64,000 bases of DNA from Antedon mediterranea (lineage: Eukaryota > Animalia > Echinodermata): positions 17,236,001 through 17,300,000 of the forward strand of contig NC_092674.1 of NCBI RefSeq assembly GCF_964355755.1, given 5' to 3'. The notes beneath the pieces are model-generated. The model saw only the letters and a list, made by a program, of their open reading frames with translations, was not told the origin of the DNA and made no database searches. Position numbers and translations under genes: made by a program. How positions within the stretch are numbered: position 1 is the stretch's first letter; each line of letters starts with the position of its first letter. This document shows positions 1 through 11,100 of the stretch, one piece after another.

Positions 1-55
1 GAGATAATTAATTAATTCTATCGTGAAACGGTCGAAAGAAGGGGTGGATGGAGGG

Positions 56-338
56 AACAACAATTTATTGACGTGTTGGTCCGAAGGAAGGCAAAAGGAA
101 AAGAATGTACATTACTAAAACACTTATACAAAATATCCCCTGAACGCCAATGGGTCAAAGACATGACCTTCTCGAAGGTAAAAGCCATTAAACACTTATA
201 CAAAATATTCCCCCTGAACGCCCTTGGGTCAAAAGTACACGACCTTCTCAAAAGGTAAAAGCAATAACAGAACCCTTGGGAACATTCCTGAACTCTATCG
301 ACACAAACCCATCTTTCATTTGGTGAAAAAATGTTCTT
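56..338. repeat. Direct repeat copy A2 of the Ngaro-like element
   Basis: aacaacaatttattgacg...ggtgaaaaaatgttctt matches 4913-5194 except for a few changes. It contains an internal ~75-bp tandem duplication (aaacacttatacaaaatat...aggtaaaagc x2). Confidence 0.95.
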
Positions 339-923
339 TTGTGTCAACAGAGTCCAGGACAAAACAAAGGAAACAAAACACCGAAATGGATGGAAAATGT
401 CATTTATTATTAAATGACGAAATAACTAAATATATAATGTAAAACTACTGTAATAATAACAAAGGGGGCAGCCACCATTACATTATGTAGGTTATGGTAT
501 TGATATTACATCTAATACCTTACATTACGTGAAGGCTGCCCCTGTTGAATATATAGTATTAACAATTAGCATTCCCCATTGTTATATAGAAAACGCACCA
601 TTAATATACTTGTAAAATAACCGATAATATAATATAAAAGTTATAGGTCTATACAGAATCGTAACTAACATATCGTAGAATTAATATACATAATCAAATT
701 GAGATATAATTATTATGGGCACACACGCCAAAAACCCGACTCGCAGAGAGGGTTCCGCCCAGAAAAGTATATCGAAATAAATGCATAGGTTTGTATCTGT
801 TTAGTTAATAGACCCAGAGCTGTGCTCAATAGGTCTGCCTGAACTACGAATGTTGTAATGAAAAGACATGCTTTGCGAGCCACAGCTCAAACAAATACAT
901 TAGTGCGTCGGTATTAGTGAAAG

Positions 924-1436
924 CTAAATGTAAATCTGACATGGTGGGACTATGAACGGAAGTGTATTTATATCTGGAAAAAGTTTTTGGGCACGTGAAA
1001 TTTCCCCCCTTGATAAAAGATCCGCCAAAACATTATCGACGCCGGGAATGTGCGTTGCACGGAAGTGGATATTATGGCGGAGGCAAATTAATACTAAACG
1101 TCGTAGAAGTCGCAAAAGCAAGGTATCTTTAGCAGATTTCTTGTTGATAACAGCCACAACCGCTGAATTATCACAGCGAAATAAAATTCGGTGGTTTGCC
1201 AGTTCCGAGCCCCAAACTTCCATTGCTATGACTATGGGAAATAATTCAAGCACCGCGATTGACAGACCATTAAACGTACTACTCCATTTAATAAAGAACC
1301 ACTTATTGTGGAAAACGGCTGCGCATCCGATGGATGCCGCTGCATCGTTATATAGTCGTAGCGTAGTAGAATTAAACCAGTTATGTGGAAGAATTAGGGC
1401 TTTCCCGTTGAAGGATTCGAGAAAACCTAGCCACAT
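924..1436 (-). pseudogene. pol: RNase H domain of Ngaro-like pol (frameshifted from the RT at ~1437)
   Basis: LYNDAAASIG...SIAVLELFPIV...FRCDNSAVV...HIPGVDNVLADLLSR are the DIRS/Ngaro RNase H motifs. The frame shifts relative to the RT after EVKDDL. Confidence 0.92.
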
Positions 1437-2721
1437 GTAAATCGTCTTTTACCTCGCGCGACAGGCGAATAAAATGATTTGGATGTTTCGCTAAGGATAG
1501 GAGATTTATAAGACGGCGTAAAAAGGCTCTACCTGGTAGCACCACGCTACAGGCGTAATTCAGCAGGCCGACCATCGACTGCATGTCGCGCAGCGTAACT
1601 TTCTTCCTGGCTAAAAATTGGTTAATTTTAGTGATTGTCTTCGTAATTTTTGACATAGGTAAACGACATTCCATGGAAACAGAATCCACCTCTATGCCGT
1701 ATATCACAATGACTGTAGTTGGAAAAACGGTCTTCGAATCTTTAATGGGTACCCCAAGTGTGTTACAAAGGGAGATGAAATTAGTAAGTGCATTTTGACA
1801 AAGATTTGAATGTTTAGGACCGACAAAGAAAAAATCGTCCAGGATATGAGATATATCCGGGATATTAAATTTTGTACGCATTATCCAAACTAATGCTGTA
1901 CTGAACGATTCAAAAATGCTACATGAACGACTGGCCCCCATCGGAAGACAGCGATCGTAGTAGTATTTATTATTCCACGAGAAACCCAAAAGGTGATAAT
2001 CGCAAGGGTGGATTGGAATGATACGAAACGCATCCTCGATGTCGGTTTTTGCCATTAAAGAACCGGGCCCGTTTTTTAACACCAAGTTAATTACGACATC
2101 AATGGTGTCGTAACTAACTTGGGACGCATCGTGCGGAATTCCAGAATTGACCGAGGCCCCGCGCGGGTACGATAAGTCCTGGATAATCCGGAACTTACCC
2201 GATTCAGCTTTTGGTACAACCCCTAAGGGCGAACTAACAAAATTGTTGAGCGGAGGTGACGAGAATGGACCGGCTAACCTACCGAGGTTCAAACCTTTTG
2301 TTATAAATTCTTCTATTTGTTCAGGAAGTTGTATAGCACTCAGGTGATTACGTGCAACCCCTGGGGTAGGAGGATTTGCGCAAAGAAGGCGAAAACCAAA
2401 TTCGAATCCATTAACTATTTCCCGATAAAGCTCACGCTCGTAACCCACTAAAAACCGTTTCAATTCATTTACCATTACCGGAGTTGGAAGTCGTTCTCGC
2501 TTGGAAATTATTTCGGCGCCCGGATTGGCCGCTGTCTCCCGGACTTTTCTTAAGGCATTGTGTCCGAGGATGTGTGTATCGGCAAATGGAACATATGTGG
2601 GCGTAAATACAGTTTTGGGCTTGTCATGGTTGTCCGGCGTTAAATGCGTAGCATACCCGTTGCCGACGAAAATTATGTTGACCTGGGAAACGAGAGTTAC
2701 CTTTGGAGTTAACATTTCCAA
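1381..2721 (-). CDS. pol: Reverse transcriptase of Ngaro-like retrotransposon (overlaps the gag 3' end; C-terminus frameshifted)
   Basis: PTPV...GFEFGFRL, GRLAGPF, SPLGVVPK, FRIIQDLSYP, AKTDIEDAFRIIP, LPMG and HILDDFF (YxDD-equivalent) motifs. Confidence 0.93.
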   Translation of the reverse strand: MEMLTPKVTLVSQVNIIFVGNGYATHLTPDNHDKPKTVFTPTYVPFADTHILGHNALRKVRETAANPGAEIISKRERLPTPVMVNELKRFLVGYERELYREIVNGFEFGFRLLCANPPTPGVARNHLSAIQLPEQIEEFITKGLNLGRLAGPFSSPPLNNFVSSPLGVVPKAESGKFRIIQDLSYPRGASVNSGIPHDASQVSYDTIDVVINLVLKNGPGSLMAKTDIEDAFRIIPIHPCDYHLLGFSWNNKYYYDRCLPMGASRSCSIFESFSTALVWIMRTKFNIPDISHILDDFFFVGPKHSNLCQNALTNFISLCNTLGVPIKDSKTVFPTTVIVIYGIEVDSVSMECRLPMSKITKTITKINQFLARKKVTLRDMQSMVGLLNYACSVVLPGRAFLRRLINLLSLAKHPNHFIRLSREVKDDLHVARFSRILQRESPNSST

Positions 2722-3442
2722 ATGACGCTAGTTTTAACATAAGTTCGGGATGGAGGATTTCCCACTTCAAACGAGCACCTTGTCGTGCTCTTCGGAAGCC
2801 TTCATCATACGATCGCCAGTTGACATTCCCTAAGGCATGGAGCTCGAGAATATTACTGGCATATTTTATCAAAGCCGAGCACTCGGTCGGTGATTTTTTG
2901 ATAAAAATAGACATGTACACCATAAACGCACGCATCCATTCTGTAATAGATAAAACTTTCTTTTTGTTATTGTCATTGTCTAACTTAAGATGTTTGTCGA
3001 CCACCACAAAGGAGAAGCCAGACGATTCTATCTCGTTGTTGAGTAGTACCCTGAAGTCAATGTATGTGTCAGTCCAAATCTTATTTTTTACGGCTGCCGT
3101 AACATTATTGCCCAATTCTATTGAGTCGGACATTGACAAAACGCTTAGTGCCGCTACCTCACCATCTGAAACTTGATCAACAATACTAGTTGTGGGGATC
3201 AGTGGATTGTCAGGTTCATGTGATACCGTAGGTTCATGTGGAACTGTGGTCGTGTTAGGTACATTAGATGACTGATGTTCTGGCAGTTGGTGGTTGGTGG
3301 CTTCTGTTTGCATCACCTTTGCCACCTCGGCAGCCAATTTGGTGTAGTCGATTTGAAGCGAACTTGCATTACGAGCTGTTGTAGATTTCTTGGTTGCTGC
3401 CGCAGCCTTAGATGCTGAACGGCTAGGTTTGGCTTTAGGCAT
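2465..3442 (-). pseudogene. gag: Gag-like ORF1 of Ngaro-like element with a premature TGA in the C-terminal Cys/His knuckle
   Basis: The ORF at 3442-2624 has LSITEWMRAFMVY...WRSYDEGFRR. Reading through the TGA at 2624-2626 gives CYAFNAGQP*QAQNCIYAHICSICRYTHPRTQC and a natural stop at 2465-2467. Confidence 0.85.
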
Positions 3443-3519
3443 TGTATCTAAAAAGGTATGTAAAACAACATAAATTCATGTTATTAGTGTGACGACGCCA
3501 TCAACCGATACACAGCTGA

Positions 3520-3955
3520 TAGAATTAGCCCGGAGGCATTAAAATTAGCCCAAAGCCAACACAAATATCCCGGAGGCAGTATATGCCCTCGAGAAATACA
3601 ATATAACAATAGCCCGGAGGCAATACAACTAGCCAGGAGGAAATATAAATAGCCCGGAGGCAATATAAATAGCCCGGAGGCAACATAAATAGCCCGGAGG
3701 CAATACAAATAGCCCGGAGGCAAGACCGTCCGGAGGCAATGCAACTAGCCCGAAGGCAATATAAATAGCCCGGAGGCAATACAAATGGCCCGGAGGCAAT
3801 ACAACTAGCCCGGAGGCAATATAAATACCCCGGAGGCAATATAAATAGCCCGGAGGCAACATAAACAGCCTTGTAAGCTGAGGCAACATAAAGCTCGGGG
3901 CGATATAAACTGGCCCGAATGTGGTATAATATAATAGTATAGCCCGAAGGCAACA
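3520..3955. repeat. 20-bp minisatellite (tagcccggaggcaatataaa)n inside the Ngaro-like element
   Basis: About 20 imperfect tandem copies are directly visible. They generate spurious LPPGYL/ASGL ORFs. Confidence 0.95.
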
Positions 3956-4049
3956 CAAGTAAATCGCCCAAATGCAAATTTATTATAATAATATAGCAAA
4001 AATGTGGTATCTATACTGGCCTCGTAACTTTCCTCAGCAGACATTCCTC

Positions 4050-4637
4050 CACTAACTGTACTCAAGAACGGTCGTCGGAGATGTACCGATATGCACGGAC
4101 CGTCTGCCAGGCTGTTTTGCACGCCATCATACAAATGTAATTGGGACCAGTCATTCCATAGCCTTCTTTGTTTCCAGTAGGTTACTACGGCATCATTTGC
4201 GTGAATATACTTTAGTTGGCGATAATTATCCACAACTGTGTCATTAAATACATGCCCCACTCGACTGGGGTGCCGTTTAAGCAATTGGCTGACCAACACA
4301 TGGCTGCATTCGACACCAAACTTAAGATATTCGGTCAAGTAAACAAACATATTTTTGTACAATCGAATTATTTGAACAATCCCCAATGTCATTCTCGCCG
4401 AGATGGATATAATGTCCGATGATTTTGGCAGAGAATTTAGTAAACGAGGGAAGTTGTACACTTTAGCACCTCCTTTGAACCTTTTGCACAATATATAAGT
4501 TTATCGATTTTAGAATGTAGGCGTAGGCCTGTAAATTCAAATTCCTCACAGTATGATTTTAACCGTCTGACGAAGGAGTGTCCGAACAGGCTTATTTGAA
4601 TCGTTTCCGTGGCCATTATACATACAGAAATGTCCAC
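4050..4637 (-). pseudogene. SGNH/GDSL hydrolase pseudogene (multiple frameshifts)
   Basis: Block I ISLFGHSFVRRL (ORF 4437-4637), block II KGGAKV, block III HLGENDIG (third frame, ~4385-4405), VLVSQLLKR, and degenerate block V YDGVQ (ORF 3805-4491). The 3' limit is approximate. Confidence 0.8.
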
Positions 4638-4912
4638 AATTTTGTAGGATAACTATAAGAAATGTTTGATCACTTACTTTTCTAGTCAATATTTCTGCTA
4701 TATGGAACTATCCGAAGTGTTATAAACTCGTTCAGGAATAAATCACACTGATATTGCAAAATGATGATTTTTTACTCGAATGTTCCTCTTATAAAATATC
4801 AAAATTGTTAGAAACTCGTTCAGGATCAGCACTAAAATTGCGAAAAGTTATGAGTAAAAACTGAACACAAGTTTTATAATAAGCGAAGGTGGACCGACGT
4901 CATGTACGGTAC

Positions 4913-5194
4913 AACAACAATTTATTGACGTGTTGGTCCGAAGGAAGGCAAAAGGAAAAGAATGTACATTACTAAAACACTTATACAAAATATCCCTTGA
5001 ACGCCAATGGGTCAAAGACATGACCTTCTCGAAGGTAAAAGCCATTAAACACTTATACAAAATATTCCCCCTGAACGCCCTTGGGTCAAAAGTACACGAC
5101 TTTCTCAAAAGGTAAAAGCAATAACAGAACCCTTGGGAACATTCCTGAACTCTATCGACACAAACCCATCTTTCATTTGGTGAAAAATGTTCTT
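4913..5194. repeat. Direct repeat copy A1 (5' terminus of the minus-strand Ngaro-like element)
   Basis: Matches 56-338 and ends at the junction with satellite 1. Confidence 0.95.
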
Positions 5195-8100
5195 ATTTAT
5201 ATGAAATGAATGATCAATCAATGAAAAATAATGTCATGCAACTTGGTTTCTGATTGAAAAAAAGATCGGTTTGTTTAGGTCTGATATTTACAACCCTCAA
5301 AATATCTCATTTAAAAAAAAAATTTTTCTTTTCAATAAGAAAAAAAAAGCAATATCCCTAAAAGTTGGAACCCGCTACTGAGAGCACTCAAACCTGGGTA
5401 TTACCCGTTACGCCACAAACCAGTAGATGACTGAAGAGCTGATAATATGAAATTAATGATCAATCAATGAAAAATAATGCCATGCAACTTTGTTTCTGAT
5501 TTTAAAAAAGGTCCACTTCTTTAGACCTGACATTTACAACCCTCAAAATATCTCATTTTCAAACAAAATATTTATTTTCAATTAAAAAAAAAAGAAAAAA
5601 GAAATATCCCTAGAGGTTCGAACCCGCTACTGAGAGCACTCAAACCTGGGTATTACCCGTTACGCCACAAACCAGTAGATGACTGAAGAGCTGATAATAT
5701 GAAATGAATGACCAATCAATGAAAAATAATGTTATGCAACTTTGTTTCTGATTTTAAAAAAGGTCCACTTGTTTAGGCCTGACATTTACAACTATAACAA
5801 TATCTCACTTTCAAAAACAATATTTATTTTCAAATAAAAAAAAAATAGCAATATCCCTAGAAGTTGGAACCCGCTACTGAGATCACTCTAACCTGGGTAT
5901 TACCCGTTACGCCACAAACCAGTAGATGACTGAAGAGCTGATAATATGAAATTAATGATCAATCAATGAAAAATAATGCCATGCAACTTTGTTTCTGATT
6001 TTAAAAAAGGTCCACTTCTTTAGGCCTGACATTTACAACCCTCAAAATATCTCATTTTCAAAAAAAAATATTTATTTTCAATTAAAAAAAAAAAAAAAAA
6101 GAAATATCCCCAGAGGTTCGAACCCACTACTGAGAGCACTCAGATCTGAGTATTACCCGTTACGCCACAAACCAGTAGATAATTGAGGAGCTGATAATAG
6201 TCTATTTATATGAAATTAAAGATCAATCAATGAAAAATAATGCCATGCAACTTTGTTTCTGATTTTAAAAAAGGTCCACTTGTTTAGGCCTGACATTTAC
6301 AATCTCACTTTCAAAAACAATATTTATTTTCAATTTAAAAAAAAATAAATAAAAATATCCTTAGAGGTGCGAACCCACTACTGCGAGCACTCAAACTTGA
6401 GCATTACCTGGTACGCCACAAACCAGTAGATGACTGAAGAGCTAATAATACTCTATTTATATGAAATTAATAATAAATCAATGAAAAATAATGCTATGCC
6501 ACTTTGCTTCTGATTTTAAAAAAGGTCCACTTGTTTAGGCCTGGCATTTACAACCCTCAAAATATCTCACTTTCAAAAACAATATTTATTTACAATTAAA
6601 AAAAAAAGAAAAAAGAAATATCCCTAAAGGTTCGAACCCACTACTGAGAGCACTCAGACCTGAGTATTACTCGTTACGCCACAAACCAGTAGATGACTGA
6701 GGAGCTGATAATAGTCTATTTATATGAAATTAATGATCAATCAATGAAAAATAATGCCATGCAACTTTGTTTCTGATTTTAAAAAAGGTCCACTTGTTTA
6801 GGCCTGACATTTAAAACCCTCAAAATATCTCATTACCCGTTACGCCACAAACCAGTAGATGACTGAAGAGCTGATAATAATCTATTTATATGAAATAGAT
6901 GATCAATCAATGAAAAACAATGCCATGCAACTTTGTTTCTGATTTTAAAAAAGGTCCACTTGTTTAGGCCTGATATTTACAACCCTCAAAATATCTCACT
7001 TTCAAAAACAATATTTATTTTCAATTAAAAAAATAAATAAAAAAAATAACAGGATATGTTCGAACCCATTGCTGAGAGCACTCAAATCTGAGCATTACCC
7101 GTTACGCCACAAACCAGTAGATAACTGAAGAGCTGATAATAGTTTATTTATATGAAATGAATGATCAATCAATGAAAAATAATGCCATGCAACTTTGTTT
7201 CTGATTGAAAAAAAGATCCGTTTGTTTAGGCCTGACATTTACAACACTCAAAATATCTCATTTTCAAAAAAAAATTTTCTTTTCAATAAGAAAAAAAAAG
7301 CAATATCCCTAGAGGTTGGAACCCGCTACTGAGAGCACTCAAACCTGGGTATTACCCGTTACGCTACAAACCAGTAGATGACTGAAGAGCTGATAATATG
7401 AAATGAATGATCAATCAATGAAAAATAATGTTATGCAACTTTGTTTCTGATTTTAAAAAAGGTCCACTTGTTTAGGCCTGACATTTACAACTATAACAAT
7501 ATCTCACTTTCAAAAACAATATTTATTTTCAAATACAAAAAAAAGAAAAAAAATATCCCTAGAAGTTCGAACTCACTATTGAAATCACTCAAACCTGAGC
7601 ATTACCCGTTACGCCGCAAACCAGTAGATGACTGAAGAGCTGATAATAGTCTATTTATATGAAATAGATGATCAATCAATGAAAAACAATGCCATGCAAC
7701 TTTGTTTCTGATTTTAAAAAAGGTCCACTTGTTTAGGCCTGACATTTACAACCCTCAAAATATCTCACTTTCAAAAACAATATTTATTTTCAATTAAAAA
7801 AAAAATAAAAAAAATAACCGTATATGTTCGAACCCACTGCTGAGAGCACTCAAACCTGAGCATTACCCGTTACGCCACAAACCAGTAGATAACTGAAGAG
7901 CTGATAATAGTTTATTAATATGAAATGAATGATCAATCAATGAAAAATAATGCCATGCAACTTTGTTTCTGATTGAAAAAAAGATCCGTTTGTTTAGGCC
8001 TGACATTTACAACCCTCAAAATATCTCATTTTCAAAAAAAAAATTTTCTTTTCAATAAGAAAAAAAAGCAATATCCCTAGAGGTTGGAACCCGCTACTGA

Positions 8101-11100
8101 GAGCACTCAAACCTGTGTATTACCCGTTACGCTACAAACCAGTAGATGACTGAAGAGCTGATAATATGAAATGAATGATCAATCAATCAAAAATAATGTT
8201 ATGCAACTTTGTTTCTGATTTTAAAAAAGGTCCACTTGTTTAGGCCTGACATTTACAACTATAACAATATCTCACTTTCAAAAATAATATTTATTTTCAA
8301 ATAAAAAAAAAAATCAATATCCCTAAAAGTTGGAACCCGCTACTGAGAGCATTCAAACCTGGGTATTACCCGTTACGCCACAAACCAGTAGATGGCTGAA
8401 GAGCTGATAATATGAAATTAATGATCAATCAATGAAAAATAATGCCATGCAACTTTGTTTCTGATTTAAAAAAAGGTCAACTTCTTTAGACCTGATATTT
8501 ACAACTCTCAAAATATCTCATTTTCAAACAAAATATTTATTTTCAATTAAAAAAAGAAAAGAAAAGATATATCCCTAGAGGTTCGAACCCGCTACTGAGA
8601 GCACTCAAACCTGGGTATTACCCGTTACGCCACAAACCAGTAGATGGCTGAAGAGCTGATAATATGAAATGAATGATCAATCAATGAAAAATAATGTTTT
8701 GCAACTTTGTTTCTGATTTTAAAAAAGGTCCACTTGTTTAGGCCTGACATTTACAACTATAACAATATCTCACTTTCAAAAACAATATTTATTTTCAAAT
8801 ACAAAAAAAAAAGAAAAAAAATACACCGCAAACCAATAGATGACTGAAGAGCTGATAATAGTCTATTTATATGAAATAGATGATCAATCAATGAAAAATA
8901 ATGCCATGCAACTTTGTTTCTGATTTAAAAAAATGTCCACTTGTTTAGGCCTGACATTTACAACCCTCAAAATATTTCACTTTCAAAAATAATATTTATT
9001 TTCAATTAAAAAAAAAAGAAAAAAAATACCCGTGTAGGTTCGAACCCACTGCTGAGAGCGCTCAAACTTGAGCATTACCCGTTACGCCACAAACCAGTAG
9101 ATGACTGAATAGCTGATAATAGTCTATTTATATGTAATGAATTATCAATCAATGAAAAATAATGCCATGCAACTTTGTTTCTGATTTTATAAAAGGTCCA
9201 CTTGTTTAGGCCTGACATTTACAACCCTCAAAATATCTCACTTTCAAAAACAATATTTATTTTCAATTAAAAAAAAAAGAAAAAAATATACCCGTGTAGG
9301 TTCGAACCCACTGCTGAGAGCGCTCAAACCTGAGCATTACCCGTTACGCCACAAACCAGTAGATGACTGAAGAGCTGATAATAGTCTATTTATATGAAAT
9401 GAAATGAATGATCAATCAATGAAAAATAATGCCATGCAACTTTGTTTCTGATTGAAAAAAAGATCCGTTTGTTTAGGCCTGACATTTACAACCCTCAAAA
9501 TATCTCATTTTCAAACAAAATATTTATTTTCAATAAAAAAAAAAAAGAAATATCCCTAGAGGTTCGAACACCGCTACTAAGAGCACTCAAACCTGGGTAT
9601 TACCCGTTACGCCACAAACCAGTAGATGACTGAAGAGCTGATAATATGAAATGAATGATCAATCAATGAAAAATAATGTTATGCAAGTTTGTTTCTGATT
9701 TTAAAAAAGGTCCACTTGTTTAGGCCTGACATTTACAACTATAACAATATCTCACTTTCAAAAACAATATTTATTTTCAAATACAACAAAAAGAAAAAAA
9801 AATATCCCTAGAAGTTCGAACCCACTATTGAAATCACTCAAGCCTGAGCATTACCCGTTACGCCGCAAACCAGTAGACGACTGAAGAGCTGATAATAGTC
9901 TATTTATATGAAATAGATGATCAATCAATGAAAAATAATGCCATGCAACTTTGTTTCTGATTTTAAAAAATGTCCACTTGTTTAGGCCTGACATTTACAA
10001 CCCTCAAAATATCTCACTTTCAAAAACAATATTTATTTTCAATTAAAAAAAAAAAAAAAGAGCCTAGAGGTTCGAACCCACTACTGAGAGCACTCAAATC
10101 TGAGTATTACCCGTTACGACACAAACCAGTAGATGACTGAAGAGCTGATAATAGTCTATTTATATGAAATGAATGATCAATCAATGAAAAATAATGTTAT
10201 GAAACTTTGTTTCTGATTTTAAAAAAGGTCCACTTGTTTAGGCCTGACATTTACAACTATAACAATATCTCACTTTCAAAAACAATATTTATTTTCAAAT
10301 ACAAAAAAAAGAAAAAAAATACACCGCAAACCAATAGATGACTGAAGAGCTGATAATAGTCTATTTATATGAAATAGATGATAAATCAATGAAAAATAAT
10401 GCCATGCAACTTTGTTTCTGATTTTAAAAAAGGTCCACTTGTTTAGGCCTGACATTTACAACCCTCAAAATATCTCACTTTCAAAAACAATATTTATTTT
10501 CAATTAAAAAAAAAATAAAAAAAATAACCGTATATGTTCGAACCCACTGCTGAGAGCACTCAAACCTGAGCATTACCCGTTACGCCACAAACCAGTAGAT
10601 AACTGAAGAGCTGATAATAGTTTATTAATATGAAATGAATGATCAATCAATGAAAAATAATGCCATGCAACTTTGTTTCTGATTGAAAAAAAGATCCGTT
10701 TGTTTAGGCCTGACATTTACAACCCTCAAAATATCTCATTTTCAAAAAAAAAATTTTCTTTTCAATAAGAAAAAAAAGCAATATCCCTAGAGGTTGGAAC
10801 CCGCTACTGAGAGCACTCAAACCTGTGTATTACCCGTTACGCTACAAACCAGTAGATGACTGAAGAGCTGATAATATGAAATGAATGATCAATCAATCAA
10901 AAATAATGTTATGCAACTTTGTTTCTGATTTTAAAAAAGGTCCACTTGTTTAGGCCTGACATTTACAACTATAACAATATCTCACTTTCAAAAACAATAT
11001 TTATTTTCAAATAAAAAAAAAAATCAATATCCCTAAAAGTTGGAACCCGCTACTGAGAGCATTCAAACCTGGGTATTACCCGTTACGCCACAAACCAGTA

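Larger units (their letters stand above)
56..5194 (-). mobile_element. Ngaro-like (DIRS-order) retrotransposon, degenerate, lacking the tyrosine recombinase ORF
   Basis: Near-identical direct repeats at 56-338 and 4913-5194 enclose minus-strand SGNH hydrolase, gag, RT and RNase H coding regions with Ngaro-type motifs. The right end abuts satellite 1 sharply at 5194/5195. The element may continue beyond the window start. Confidence 0.85.

Noticed and set aside
845-942. Short ORF MSDLHLAF... after RNase H as a possible YR start
   Set aside because: It is 32 codons long with no recombinase motifs.
952-3176. Plus-strand ORFs (952-1440, 2703-3176 and others)
   Set aside because: These are antisense shadows of the retroelement coding regions.
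3520-3955. CRISPR-like short repeat array
   Set aside because: The repeats are contiguous without unique spacers, the context is eukaryotic, and there are no cas genes.
3484-3977. Overlapping ORFs rich in LPPGYL/ASGL
   Set aside because: These are stop-free translations of the 20-bp minisatellite in several frames, with no protein-family signal.
5425-5475. Hammerhead-like core in satellite 1 (CTGAAGAG...GAAA)
   Set aside because: Stem II and stem I do not pair, and no NUH site gives a consistent fold.
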